Origin: Octopus vulgaris
Lineage: Eukaryota
Length of the DNA stretch: 64,000 bases
Direction of reading: 5' to 3'
NCBI GenBank assembly: GCA_951406725.2
Contig: OX597843.1
Coordinates: 2,914,001-2,978,000, forward strand
Shown one piece after another: positions 40,465 to 55,865 of this stretch. How positions within the stretch are numbered: position 1 is the first letter of the stretch; the number at the start of each line of letters is the position of its first letter. Under the pieces are notes generated by a model. It did no database searches. It saw only the letters and a program-made list of their open reading frames with translations, and had not been told where the DNA came from. The position numbers and the translations under genes are program-made.

Positions 40465-41988
40465 GCCCCCCCCTTTTTTGGTTTTCAACAAGAGCTATTT
40501 TTACACCCATCACCGCCAAAATCTAGCAGACATTTAATCAAAGGCGTTCCAGTCATAGCCATCACTACTTTCAATGAAATTTTTCATCACAATTTTCATT
40601 TGTTCCTTTTCCTTTTTTTTCCCCTTTTACGATCCCTTTTGATCGAAAACCTACGCCACCTTTTCTCGAATTTCCTTTAATGTTTTCGGCCATATTGGCA
40701 TCAGGTCATCAAAGATCTAGCAGATTTGTTATCAATGACGTTCCAGTTGTGGCCATCACATATTTTCGCGAATTTTTATATCAGCGTTTTTATCCAGTAC
40801 GTCTTTTGTTTCCCTCTTTTTAACAACCGCCATATTTGTTCTTTTAAATCTCGCTTCTCGAGCGAATACACTGGCGTTTTACCTTCTCTCCTCTCACAAC
40901 TCCAACCACCCCAAAGCTGTTGTTACTGCTTTTGTTGTTAATATTATCGTTATGGTAGCGTTAATATTAATGTTGTTCTTTCTATTGTTATCGTTTTTAA
41001 GACGCTTATTGAAATTGGGTTTTTTTTTGTTATGTATATATATTTGTTATAGTTTATGTGATCAAGTTTCCTTTTGTTTTTTCTCTTTCTTTTTCTACAC
41101 ACACAAACACACACATGTATGCTTACACACATACATTCACGCAACATATACACACACATGCATACACGCATACATATGGACATATATACATACATAATCA
41201 CATACAGACACATATCCATGTATGTACGCAGATAAGTTCCACATACACACATATATACATATATATACAACATACACACATGTACATACACCTACACATA
41301 TATATAGATGCATATCACATATAGACATACATGCATACACACATACAACACTGCAAATGTAACGACAAACATACACATAAATACATACACATCTACACAC
41401 GTTGACACAGCGCTACACACGCACACACATACATACATAAAGACATACATTTATGTATACATACGCACACATATACATGCATGTTAAACGCAGACATAGA
41501 TGCATGTACATATACACACTTGACTACATATATACACAATACATACATACACATCTACACACGTTGACACAGCGCTATACACGCACACACATACATAAAG
41601 ACATACATTTATGTATACATACATGCATGTATATATATACATGCATGTTAAACGCAGACATAGATGCATGTATATATACACACTTGACTACATACATACA
41701 CAACACATACACACATATATACATACTAACAAAACTATGTATGCACACACACACGTTCACAAACACAAAGAAACACAAACACATACACACACACACATAT
41801 ACACAAAAACATACATACGTAAAAACAATATCAAACAAATCTGAAAAACGGCCATCAAAAGCGAGGAACAAAAAATAAAGATGTCGGCCATTGCTGGAGT
41901 GAATATTGTTCACATGAAATAATAATTTCAACGTCAGTTCGTTGTATTCAAATTAAAAACCATACACTCTTCCTCCGCCCTTGTACAC

Positions 41989-42025
<37 letters not shown>

Positions 42026-42846
42026 CACACACACGCACGCACAAACATACATGTACATATACTTATACATACACAAGTATATATAATATGATATTGTATA
42101 AACAAATATCTATGCATGTATCTATACATATATATGTGTATGTATAGATGTGTAAATAAGTATATATATATATACACATTATACACACACAAATATATAT
42201 ATATATACACATACACTTGTGTACATACACACATATATATGTGTATCTATAGATATGTAAATAAATATAGATATATGCATATATACACATTATACATATA
42301 TATATACATATATACACATTATACATATATATATATATATACATATATGTGTGTATATACATATGTGTACATACACACATAAGTATGTGTATATATAGAT
42401 ATGTAAATAAATATATATTTATACATATATACACATTATACACACACACACATATATATATATACATATATGTGTGTATATACACTTGTGTACATTCACA
42501 CATATATATGTGTATATATATATATATATGTGTGTGTAAATAAATATATATACATATATACACATTATACACACACACACATATATATATATATACATAT
42601 ATGCGTGTGTATACACATGTGTATGCGTATATTTATGCACACATACACATTTATATGTATGTAAGCAGGTATGTATATACGTATATATCTGTGTACCTGT
42701 AGGTATATATTATACTATATAAATACATATATATGTGTATGTACTATGTTTGTATATGTGTGTGTGTACATGTATGTGGGTGTATGTGTACGTACATGTA
42801 TGGGAGTTGAAAAATGTATTTAAATATGTATATATATAAAGCATGC

Positions 42847-42891
<45 letters not shown>

Positions 42892-42940
42892 GTGTGTGTG
42901 TGTGTGTGCACATGATTGTGTATACCGTTAAGTCAATATA

Positions 42941-43018
<78 letters not shown>

Positions 43019-43096
43019 CTTGTATGCATTTACTGACGATCGTTTCAATGTATCTTAAAGAATATTATGCGCAGAATTTTTTAATATATATATATA

Positions 43097-43261
43097 GGCG
43101 CAGGAGTGGCTGTGTGGTAAGTAGCTTGCTAACCAGCCACATGGTTCCGGGTTCAGTCCCGCTGCGTGGCATCTTGGGCAAGTGTCTTCTGCTATAGCCC
43201 CGGGCCGACCAATGCCTTGTGAGTGGATTTGGTAGACGGAAACTGAAAGAAGCCTCTCGTA

Positions 43262-43293
<32 letters not shown>

Positions 43294-43532
43294 ATGTATG
43301 TGTGTGTATATGTTTGTGTGTGTGTGTGTGTTTGTCCCCCTAGCATTGCTTGACAACCGATGCTGGTGTGTTTATGTCCCCGTCACTTAGAGGTTCGGCA
43401 AAAAGAGACCGATAGAATAAGTACTGGGCTTACAAAGAATAAGTCCCGGGGTCGAGTTGCTCGATTAAAGGCGGTGCTCCAGCATGGCCGCAGTCAAATG
43501 ACTGAAACAAGTAAAAGAGTAAAAGAGTAAAG
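43097..43532 (+). mobile_element. SINE family A, full length
   Basis: Complete family match. Confidence 0.9.
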
Positions 43533-43542
43533 ATATATGTCA

Positions 43543-43855
43543 GAGGCGCAATGGCCCAGTGGTTAGGGCAGCGTATTCGCGGTTGTAGAATCGCGGTTTC
43601 GATTCTCAGACCGGGCATTGTGAGTGTTTACTGAGCGAAAACACCTAAAGCTCCACGATGCTCCAGCAGGGGGTGGTGGCGATCCCTGCTGTACTCTCTT
43701 TTGCTACAACTTTCTCTCACTCTTTCTTCTGTTGGCCTGCTTGCTTAACCAGCGGGGTGGCGTCATTTGAAGGCTAAAACAATGCGAAGCGCATTGTGAC
43801 CAGCGATGTGTAGCAACATCTGATAGCTTGGTCGGTCACGATGATCACGGTGATA
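43543..43855 (+). mobile_element. tRNA-derived SINE family E
   Basis: A-box tggcccagtgg, B-box-like ggtttcgattc, and a tail ending gtcacgatgatcacggtgata. The 3' part recurs inverted at 51820-51945. Confidence 0.75.
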
Positions 43856-44369
43856 TACATATATAAATGAATATATGTATATATATACATATATATACGT
43901 ACATACACATACACTTATAGATATAGATATATATATATGTATGCATATGTATATATGTACACATGTATATGTATATATATATACGTATATATATATATAT
44001 ATATATATACATGCCCGTGTGGTACACAGTTTGCTTCCACACCACAAGCTCCCGAGTTCATTCCCATAGCATGGCATGTTGGGGAAATGTCTTTTATTAT
44101 AGCCTCGAGCCTACCAAAGCTTTGTTAGTGAATTTCGTAGACGGAAACTGAAATAAAGCCTTGGTTTATATATGTATATATATATGGGGAAAAAAGTCAT
44201 GGTAGGAAATGCTAAAATAATCTTATAAAAAACATGTCAGTACCGATTTCAGTCATAGAGAATGTTGCAACATAGCATTCAAATACAAGGTGCATTTTCC
44301 TTGTTTTTGCCTGTCTCTGTCTCTCTTGTTTACTCTTGTGGGTTCGAGGTCGTTGTGAATTCTTGGCAG

Positions 44370-44887
44370 GAAAGAAGAAGAAGAAGAAGAAGAAGAAGAA
44401 GAAGAAGAAGAAGAAGAAGAAGAAAGAGAAGAAGAAGGAGCAGAAGAAGAAGAAGAAGAAGAAGAAAGAGAAGAAGAAGAAGAAGAAGAAAGAGAAGGAA
44501 AAGAAGGAGAAGAAGAAGAAGGAGAAGAAGAAGAGGAAGGGGAAGAAGAAGAAGAAGAAGAAGAAGAAGAAGGAGGAGAAGGAGAAAAAGAAGGAGAAGG
44601 AGAAGAAGATGAAGAAAAAAAGAAAGAAGGAGAAGGAGGAGAAGGAGAAGAATAAGGAGGAGGAGGAGGAGAAGAAGAAGAAGAAGAAGAAGAAGAAGAA
44701 GAAGAAAAAAGAAGAAGAAGGAGAAGGAGGAGAAGGAGAAGAATAAGGAGAAGGAGTAGGAGGAGAAGAAGAAGAAGAAGAAGAAGAAGAAGAAGCAGGA
44801 GAAGAAGAAGAGGAAGAGGAAGAAGAAAAAGAAGAAGAAGAAGAAGAAGAAGAAGAAGAAGATGAAGGGGGAGGAGAAGAAGAAGAA
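44370..44887. repeat. (AAG)n purine-rich tract
   Basis: Directly visible. Confidence 0.95.
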
Positions 44888-44980
44888 TGCGGGCGTGCCA
44901 TGATATTATGTTAAATGGCCAAGTGCCCTGAAAGTGACCCGTTGTGGATGGTAGTAGGCATTACTTTTGTATAAAGCATG

Positions 44981-45048
<68 letters not shown>

Positions 45049-45339
45049 GTGATTGTGTATACCGTTGAGTCAAAAAAGATGTATATATGTATATATGTAT
45101 ATATGTATACATGTAGGTATGTTGCTGGTGACATTATTGGTGACGGTGGTGGTAGTAGTATTAGTGGTGGTGGTGGTGGCTGCAGTAGTTGATACTAATG
45201 ATGGCTCTGGTGGTTGGGGCTGGTGATTGCTAGTAGCACGTGACTCCCTTATTTCTGTTGCTATCCATGTTTCTGCAATTCTTGTAATTGTCTTGAGATT
45301 GTTGCCATTGTTGTTGCTGATATTAATGTTCTTCATGCC

Positions 45340-45378
45340 ATCACCATTATTATTATCACTTTCATCATCATCACCATC

Positions 45379-45410
<32 letters not shown>

Positions 45411-45457
45411 TATTATTATTATTATTACTATTACTATCATTGTTATTATTATTATTA

Positions 45458-45521
<64 letters not shown>

Positions 45522-45583
45522 CATTATTATTATTATTATTTTTAATATTATCATTATGATTATTATTATTATTGTTGTTGTTG

Positions 45584-45617
<34 letters not shown>

Positions 45618-45947
45618 GGTTATTATTATTGTTGTTGTTGTTATTATCATTATTATTATTATTTTTATTTTTATTTATTATTAATATTATTATTATTATT
45701 ATTATTATTATAGTCCGTCAACGTCACCATCATCGTCATACCATTTTTGTTATTGTATTAAATCCATTATTATTGTTGTTATTGTTGTTGTTGTTGTTGT
45801 TGTTGTTGCGATTGTTATTACCATTATCATTATTATTATTTATCACCTTCATCATTATAATAATCATCATTATAATCGTAATTATTATTATAATCATCAA
45901 CATCATTCTTATTATTTTCATTATTATTATTATTATTGTTGTTGTTG

Positions 45948-45987
<40 letters not shown>

Positions 45988-46040
45988 CATTATTATTATT
46001 ATCATCATTATTTTTATTATTATTATTATTATCATCATAA

Positions 46041-46095
<55 letters not shown>

Positions 46096-46180
46096 CATCA
46101 TCATCATCATTATTATTATTATTATTATTATTATCATCATCATCATTATTATTATTATTATTATTATTATTTTTATCATT
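45340..46180. repeat. (ATT)n/(ATC)n tract
   Basis: Directly visible. Confidence 0.95.
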
Positions 46181-46825
46181 ATAGTTCACGTTGTTCTTGT
46201 TATTCTTATTCTAACCGTTCTTATTGTTGTTCAACAAATATTTCCCCATTTATTTCTTCAAAACAATTTCACAAATATACGTTCATTTTGTTTTTCTTCA
46301 AATAATTCTTAAATTTTTCTGCGGTTTTTTTTGCCTTCGCATTTTCTTTATTCTTTTTTCTTAATTCTATTCTTATTTTATTTCTTGAAATTTTTGCATT
46401 TATTGTTAATTCGAAAATTCTTTAATTGTAGAGCAGCATGGTTCCACATGGCCGCCCTCTCGAAAACTACCACCAACTCCATTCTAACCCCTTTCTGTTG
46501 TTTTCTCAAGCTGTGTCGCATTCACAGTCTTTATATGTATGTATGCATGTATGTATGTATGTATGTATGTATGTAGGTATGTATGTTTGTATGTATGTAT
46601 GTATGTATGTGTGTGTATGTATGTATGTATGTATGTATGTATGTATGTATGTTTATATGTATATATATATATATCTATATATGATTGTGCATGGATATAT
46701 ATTTATAAATACATATGTGCATACATATACACACAGTTATTTATACATGTATAAATATATATATATGTACTTATATATACATGTTTGATTTATAACGAGT
46801 GTATAATGCATATGTATTATACGTA

Positions 46826-46857
<32 letters not shown>

Positions 46858-46932
46858 CGTGTGCATGCGTGCATGCGAGAATATTTATGCTTTCCTAGAT
46901 ATATGTGTGTGTGTGTGTACATACATAAATGC

Positions 46933-46969
<37 letters not shown>

Positions 46970-47059
46970 CATATATGTGTATATATATGTATATGTATAT
47001 ATACATACATATATGTATATATACATATATGTACATATATATGTATACACACACATATA

Positions 47060-47113
<54 letters not shown>

Positions 47114-47121
47114 CATATATA

Positions 47122-47226
<105 letters not shown>

Positions 47227-47379
47227 TACACCAGCCACACACAGTCGCAAACTCAATGAACGGTGAGGTTTTTTGTGTTTAAATCTTGTTTGAAGTCGCT
47301 TCTCAACTTCTTTTATCCGTCCTATTGTCTATCATTTCTTTATTACTAAAAGAAATCTTGAAGATTATTATTATTATTA

Positions 47380-47530
<151 letters not shown>

Positions 47531-47534
47531 CATT

Positions 47535-47724
47535 GGCAGCGAGTCGGCAGTTTCGGTAGCACACTGGGCAATATGCATTAGCGGCATTTCCTCAGTCTAT
47601 ACGTTCTGAGTTCGAATTGCACCAGAGTCGACTTTGCCTTTCAGTACCTGTTGTGTACTGGGGTCGATATAATCAACTTGTCCCCTTCCCCAAAATTCCA
47701 TGCCTTATGCCTTTAATAGTAAAA

Positions 47725-47730
<6 letters not shown>
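47535..47730 (+). mobile_element. Diverged SINE family C copy with alternative (TTA)n tail
   Basis: ggcagcgag head, gagttcgaatt B-box and gtcgactttgcctttca body. It is embedded in (ATT)n on both sides. Confidence 0.7.
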
Positions 47731-47808
<78 letters not shown>

Positions 47809-48485
47809 CATTATTATTATTATTATTATCATCATTATTATCATTATTATTTTTTTTTTTTATTGTCGCCAGAACTGGACGTGTATTTCGGAGCTCCGTA
47901 AGTCTGTGCCTTGTTTACCTCTAAAAAGATTGTTATTGTTAAATTTTATTGTTATAACTTGTAGCTAAGTTAATCTAGACCATATTGGTCTGATTAACAG
48001 TGTTATTTTTATTATTATTATTTTTTTTTTCTGCCCTGCAGAGCAACAATCAGAAGACCAGCAGTCGCCCTTACATACCAGCTTCTCCTCTCCACGCCAC
48101 CGATGTTATCCAAGGGAAAGGCAAAGGGGCCGATACAGCGTGGCACCAGTGACGTCGCAACAATTCAGTAGAACTGTGAGATTTTCAAAGAGGTTGTATT
48201 GTTGGGGCAATCTGAGGCTGGTCTTAGCCAACGAAAAATTGCCGAAAATCTTCAAATTCCTCTTGCTACTGTTAATAGAATTTATAGTGCTATTCAAAAG
48301 CCAGGGAAAAAGAATCAACAGATTCTCGTCGATGCTGGCGTGTAACTCAGCGGTTCAGCAAAAGAGACCGGTAGGATAAGGACTAGGCTTCCAATGAGTA
48401 AGTTCTGAGATCGATTTGCTCGACTGAAGACGGTGCTCCAGCATGGTCGCTGGTGAAATGACTGAAACAGGTAAAAGAAAACAGA

Positions 48486-48542
<57 letters not shown>

Positions 48543-48556
48543 TACATATGTGTGTT

Positions 48557-48587
<31 letters not shown>

Positions 48588-48763
48588 GAACATAAATGCG
48601 TGTTTATGTGTGTATGTATATATATATATATGTATGTATATATACATATATATACATATATATACATATATATATATACATATATATATATGTAAAATAC
48701 ATATATATGTATATATATGTGTGTGTATGTATATATATATATACATATTTATATATATATGTG

Positions 48764-48796
<33 letters not shown>

Positions 48797-48864
48797 GTAT
48801 ATATTTATACATACATATATATATATATAAAATACATATATATGTATATAAATGTGTGTGTATG

Positions 48865-48896
<32 letters not shown>

Positions 48897-48953
48897 TGTA
48901 TGTATATATATATACATATATATATATACACATATCTATATATATATACATAT

Positions 48954-49051
<98 letters not shown>

Positions 49052-49493
49052 CTGTCCACACACCCATGCTAATAACTATGCTGTTGCACACAATAGCCAA
49101 CACAGGTTTGGCAGCGCCTATTGTTGGTCTGTCATTATCTTGACCGTACTGTTTGGTGACCACCTCAACAGACACAATACACTAATGGGCAGGATTGTCA
49201 ATATTTTCTATCGAAATTGGCCTCTAATAGATATTGATCTGCTGCCGGTATCGGCGGATGTGATTGCGGTTCGTGATTACCGGCGGTGGCGGAGCGGGGG
49301 TTGTTGACGGTGGTGCTGGTGATGATCCTGGTGCTGGCGCTGGTGGTGAAGGAGCTTTTGTTGGTGTTGGTGGTGGTGGAAGTGATGGTGGCGGTGACGG
49401 TGGTGATGGTGGTATCGCTGGTGACGTTGAGGGTGGTAGCGGTGGCGTTGTCGTTGGTGGTGGCGACGGCGGTGATAGATATATAGATAGATC

Positions 49494-49524
<31 letters not shown>

Positions 49525-49558
49525 ACAAACAGACAGATAGATAGACAGACAGATAGAC

Positions 49559-49595
<37 letters not shown>

Positions 49596-49661
49596 GACAG
49601 ATAGATAGACAGTCAGACAGACAGACAGATAAATAGACAGACAGACAGATAGATAGGTAGG

Positions 49662-49715
<54 letters not shown>

Positions 49716-49771
49716 AAACAGACAGATAGATAGACAGTCAGACAGACAGACAGATAAATAGACAGACAGAC

Positions 49772-49802
<31 letters not shown>

Positions 49803-50269
49803 TAGATAGATAGATAGATAGATAGACAGACAGACAAACTGACAGACAGACAGACACATCCATCCATCCATCCATCCATACATACATACATACATACATA
49901 CATACATACATACATACAGACGTATATAGACACATCTCACCCTACCCACACCTAACGCCTATCCCACACGCAGTAATTAAATCTTCTATATACACACCTA
50001 ATAATAAAAAAAACCCATAATGAACCTTTTATTCACTCATAACATTCTCTCCGCTCAATTGTTCTTCCACTAATTACCTCCCTTCAACACTCCCCCGTCG
50101 CCATTTTGTCATTTATCAAATCTATCCTCCATCTTTCTTTTTATGCCGCTTGACTTTCGTGCTTCTGTATTTACTTCTCCTTCTTCTTCTTCTTCGTCTT
50201 CGTTGTAGTCTTTTCTTTTTTTGTTTCTTTTCGGCTCCTTTCCCTTCTTCCTTTTCTTATTTGTTTCCT

Positions 50270-50316
50270 TCCTTCTTCTTCTTCTTATTATTATTATTGT
50301 TATTATTATTATTATA

Positions 50317-50369
<53 letters not shown>

Positions 50370-50463
50370 CATCATCATCTTCTTCTCATTCTTCTTCTTC
50401 TTCTTCTTCTTCTTCTTCTTCTTCTTCTTCTTCTTCTTCTTCTTCATCATCATCATCATCATC

Positions 50464-50496
<33 letters not shown>

Positions 50497-50847
50497 TTAT
50501 TCTTCATCATCATCATCATCTTCTTCTTCTTCCTTTTCTTCCTTCCCTTCTTCTTCTTCTTCTTCTTCTTCTTCATCATCATCATCATCATCATCATCTT
50601 CTTCTTCTTCTTCTTCTTCTTATTCTTATTCTTATTCTTATTCTTCATCATCATCATCATCATCTTCTTATTATTATTATTCTTATTCTTATTCTTCTTC
50701 TTCATCATCATCATCATCTTCTTCTTCTTCCTTTTCTTCCTTCCCTTCTTCTTCTTCTTCTTCTTCTTCTTCCTTCCCTTCTTATTATTTTTCTTCTTCT
50801 TTTTCTTCTTCTTCTTCTTCTTCTTCTTTTTCTTCTTCTTCTTCTTC

Positions 50848-50880
<33 letters not shown>

Positions 50881-50955
50881 CTCTTCTTCTTCTTCTTTTT
50901 CTTCTTCTTCTTCTTATTTTCCTCTTATTCTTCTTCTTCGTCGTCGTCGTCCTTC
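50270..50955. repeat. Compound (TTC)n/(TTA)n/(ATC)n tract
   Basis: Directly visible. Confidence 0.95.
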
Positions 50956-51307
50956 TCCTCCACCTGCCCCGTCTTTTCCATCGTCAAAGCGTGGGTTCGA
51001 TTTTCAGATGGGCCAGTGTGTTGTCTTCTGGAGCGAAACTTTTCATATCACGTGGTTTTATTGCTGTGCAGGCGACCTCCATGTCAAAGACAAGACCACC
51101 ATCTTTCGGCTAAAAGGCGAGTAAACATCATCGCCAACAGCAACTAGCCAGTCAGATCTATAGTACTCTCTGTACTCCCTCTTCTCTTTCTTCCTCTTCC
51201 TCTTCATCTTCTCCCTCTCCTCCTTTTCCTTCTGCTCCTCCTTTGCCTCCTCTTTTTTTGTCACCCCCTCTCCAACTTCTAGTTTCTCATCTCCTCCTTC
51301 ATCTATA

Positions 51308-51728
51308 CTCTTTTCTCTCTTTACTCTTTTACTTCTTTCAGTCATTTGACTGCGGCCATGCTGGAGCACCGCCTTTAATCGAGCAAATCAACCCTGGGAC
51401 TTATTCTTTGTAAGCCCAGTACTTATTCTATCGGTCTCTTTTGCCGAACCGCTAAGTGACGGGGACGTAAACACACCAGCATCGGTTGTCAAGCGAAGCT
51501 AGGGGGACAAACACACACACACACAAACACACACACATACATACATATATATATATACATATATACGACAGGCTTCTTTCAGTTTCCGTCTAAGAAGTCC
51601 ACTCACAAGGCATTTGTTGGCCCGGGGCTATAGCAGAAGACACTTGCCCAAGATGCCACACAGTGGGACTGAACCCGGAACCATGTGGTCGGTTAGCAAG
51701 CTACTTACCACACAGCCACTCTTGCGCC
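51308..51728 (-). mobile_element. SINE family A, full length
   Basis: Complete family match. A 5' half in opposite orientation lies at about 52043-52202. Confidence 0.9.
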
Positions 51729-51940
51729 TACATATATATGTGTGTGTATGTGTGTGTGTTTGTGCGTGTATATATACATGTATGTGTATGCGTATGTGCA
51801 TATGTATGTATATATGTATATCACCGTGATCACCGTGACCGACCAGGCTATCAGATGTTGCTACACATCGCTGGTCACAATGCGCTTCGCATTGTTTTTA
51901 GCCTTCCAATGATCGCCACTCCGCTGGCTAAGCGAGCAGG

Positions 51941-51984
<44 letters not shown>

Positions 51985-52246
51985 TACACGTACACACTCA
52001 CACACAAACACAAACACACACACAAACACACACACATATACCAGGCGTGGCTGTGTGGTTAGAATCTTGCTTCCCAGCCACATGGTTCCGGGTTCAGTCC
52101 CACTGCGTGGCACCTTGGGCAAGTGTCTTCTACTATAGCCCCGGGCCGACCAAAGCGTTGTGAGTGAATTTGGTAGACAGAAACTGAAAGAAGCCCGTCG
52201 TATATATATATATATATATATAAATTTATATATGTAGATATGCGAT

Positions 52247-52303
<57 letters not shown>

Positions 52304-52602
52304 ATTCGTGGGTGTGTTTTTTTCCCCATCAAAGCATGAACATCGGTGTTGGTGTGTTTACGAGTTCCTTAGCTCTGATGGAGCTAACGGGTGATAAACA
52401 AGCATACAACTTTCAGCACATTGCATCTTACAGCAGAAACGCCTGTAAGCTCATGAAGTTGCTAGCATAATTTTTGTATTCTTTCGTCAATTCCACTTCG
52501 TATTACTGTTCTGTACTCGACTAACATTTCGTTCTAAAGTGTATCGATATTCAGTTCTTATAGCAGATTATTTGTGTCGATATGCTTAAGCGGAATAATA
52601 TA

Positions 52603-52773
52603 TACGAAGGGCGGCTGAAATCTTTTCACCTTGAAGGGTGTCGCGAAACGCCTGGTTAGAGCCTGAACTTTCTGAGGTCTTTTACAGGGCTTACAAAAAC
52701 TGAATGACCACCGTAATAAATATATGAATCTGAGAGGGGAATATGTTGAATAAAATCATAATTGACTGATCCT
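52603..52773 (+). mobile_element. Tc1/mariner-derived deletion relic
   Basis: Starts tacgaaggg after TA and ends with the mariner C-terminal-like NLRGEYVE*. Related copy at about 61673-61890. Confidence 0.55.
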
Positions 52774-52810
52774 ATATATATATATATATATATATTGATA
52801 GATAGATAGA

Positions 52811-53151
52811 TGTAGGACAAGATACTGTGATAGCTTGGGCTTCCAAGGCCCACAGCTCTTCAATATATCCTCCCGAAGAACCTGAGAGCCCTGCATGGGG
52901 TGCATGCAGATGTCTTTAAAATAAAACTGGATCTCTTCCTGTCAGGTATCCCAGATGAACCAACTTCACGGTAGGAGGTGCAGATGAGGGCAGCTGCATC
53001 GAACTCTCTCATGCACCAAATGGCAATTGCTAAAAAGCATTTGTGAAGTAAAATCATGTAGCAACACCAAATGGCGGTGCCCCAGCACGGCCACAGCCCG
53101 TGAGCTGAAACTAGATAAAATAAAATAAAATAAAATAAAATAAAATAAAAT
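52811..53151 (+). mobile_element. 5'-truncated CR1/L2-type LINE: ORF2 C-terminus, 3' UTR and (TAAAA)n tail
   Basis: Manual translation with one 2-bp insertion and one stop: CRTRYCDSLGFQGPQLFN/ILPKNLRALHGVHADVFKIKLDLFLSGIPDEPTSR*EVQMRAAASNSLMHQ. This has the (W/F)N.LP...FK..LD pattern of CR1-group ORF2 ends. Confidence 0.8.
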
Positions 53152-53754
53152 ATATATATATAGGCACAGGAGTGGCTGAAACAAGTAAAAGAGTAAAAGA
53201 GATATATGCACATCCATATACATACACATATATATATACATACATATACATATATGTATACGAAGACCTGTATTTTTCTTCCCCCCACCCTACCACTTTA
53301 TCTTCGATTCTTTTTTTCTTCCTTTCGTTCCTTCAATATTTCAACAATCTTTGGCCTCTTTCATTCTCTTTTCTTCCTTTGAATCATTCATCCTTTTTTT
53401 CTTTCAATCTACTCTCATTCGTCTCATCTTTCTTCATCTTTTTCTTCTTCGCCAATCTTCACCCAATTCCCTCCCCCCACCCCCTTTCGCCATCCATTTT
53501 TTTCTTCATCTCTCCTTATTCTCAACTATATTATTTATTCATAACATCTTGTATCACACACATATACACAAATGTGTATATATGTATATATATATATACA
53601 TGCATGTATACATACATGTGTGTGTATATATGTATATACACATGTATACGGGTGTATGTCTGTATTTATATACACATGTATATACACATATATATACGCA
53701 TAAAATAAGAGATATGTATATATACGCGTATATATATATATGTATGAATACATA

Positions 53755-53809
<55 letters not shown>

Positions 53810-53815
53810 ATATAC

Positions 53816-53851
<36 letters not shown>

Positions 53852-54001
53852 ATTTATACATATTTATATACACATAAGCGTATATATATATATATATTTC
53901 TATAGATATATATTATATATATACATATATATCATATCATATATATATATACATACATTCATACATACATACATACATACATACATACATACATACATAC
54001 A

Positions 54002-54033
<32 letters not shown>

Positions 54034-54399
54034 CACTTGGATATAGGTACATATATACATGTATATATGCATATATATATATATATGTGTATATCTTCAT
54101 ACTTCTAAATTCATTCAAAATTCTTTCTTTTCTTCTTTCCTACACTCTTTCATTGTTATCAACCTATTTCGTTCCAATCCATCGTTTCTCTTATTTTTTC
54201 TGTAGAGTTTTTTTCTGGTACTGTTTTTTGCCCTTCTGCTTTTGGGGTGAGGGGTGGCGGGTTATGGATATGGGGGTGGGAATTTTTTTTTATTTTTTTA
54301 TTTTTTGTTCTCTGAAATAAAAACAAAGGAAGGAATACAAAATAGGACCGAAAAAAAAAATAATTAATACAATCACTCAAATCGAGATGCATAAAATAT

Positions 54400-54470
<71 letters not shown>

Positions 54471-54535
54471 TATACATATATATACATATATATACATATA
54501 TGTATTTATATATAAATATATATATATATTATATT

Positions 54536-54590
<55 letters not shown>

Positions 54591-54809
54591 TATATATATA
54601 TATATATATATATGTATTATGTATGTGTGTGTGTGTTTGGGTTAGAATAAAAAATATTAAAAAATCATATTCTTGTAAATATAAATAACATATATAAAAC
54701 ATAAAAAATACACATACAAATATGTGTGCGGTGTGTGTGTGTGTGTGTGTGTGTGTTTAAAAGTAAGATGTAATATATCAAATAAGACATTAAAAAAAAT
54801 GGAATGATA

Positions 54810-54856
<47 letters not shown>

Positions 54857-55014
54857 ACAAAATAACAAAAATAAAAAATAAATAAAAAGATAAATAAAAT
54901 TCCCTTTCATCCAATTCCATTTGATGAAGATTTCTTCATACTGGAATTAAGAGATTGCATACAGATGCGCACACACGCGCTTCTGTGGGTGGGTGTGTAT
55001 GTATGTATACATAA

Positions 55015-55125
<111 letters not shown>

Positions 55126-55508
55126 TATATATATAAATTAGTGTATATTTATATACGCATGTATGCATATAATTTCTTAGCAGGGACTGAGAGAGTGTAT
55201 TGTTTCTACATATTTAGGTGTGTACATGATTCTACGCAAATAAATGTATCTGTACGAATGTGTCTGTGTGTGTATGTGCAAGATGGGTAAGTGACTCCAT
55301 CCATGACCACTCCCAGTATCATGCATAAACGAAGATCTAGACTCCTTAGAAGAAGTGTTTAGTGATCTGGTACAGGAGTTACTCCGATTGGTTGAGGATC
55401 TAATCATGGCATCGTCATGTGTATATGGCCGTGTGTCGCCTTGTATATGTTTGTGTATATATATATATGTGTGTGTGTGTGTACAAATGTATGCATATAT
55501 CAACATTC

Positions 55509-55564
<56 letters not shown>

Positions 55565-55813
55565 ATATACACATATGTATATATGTATACTTATATATAT
55601 CTACATATATATATATATGTATATATGTATATATATATATGTATATATGCATATGTATATATATACATGCATATATATGTATATACATGTATGCATACAT
55701 ATGTGTATATGCATATATATTTACATGTATTAGTGAAATAGAGATAAATTGAGGAGGATCTCCGTTATTTAAATGTATATATCCGCATGTCTATAACTGC
55801 ATATATATATATA

Positions 55814-55865
<52 letters not shown>

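Noticed and set aside
43543-43615. Possible tRNA genes (also 10629 and the SINE A/C heads)
   Set aside because: A/B boxes are present but no convincing cloverleaf, and each continues into a SINE body.
44212-44901. Poly-K/R/F ORFs (also 50109-51147 and 63294-63922)
   Set aside because: (AAG)n/(TTC)n microsatellite translations.
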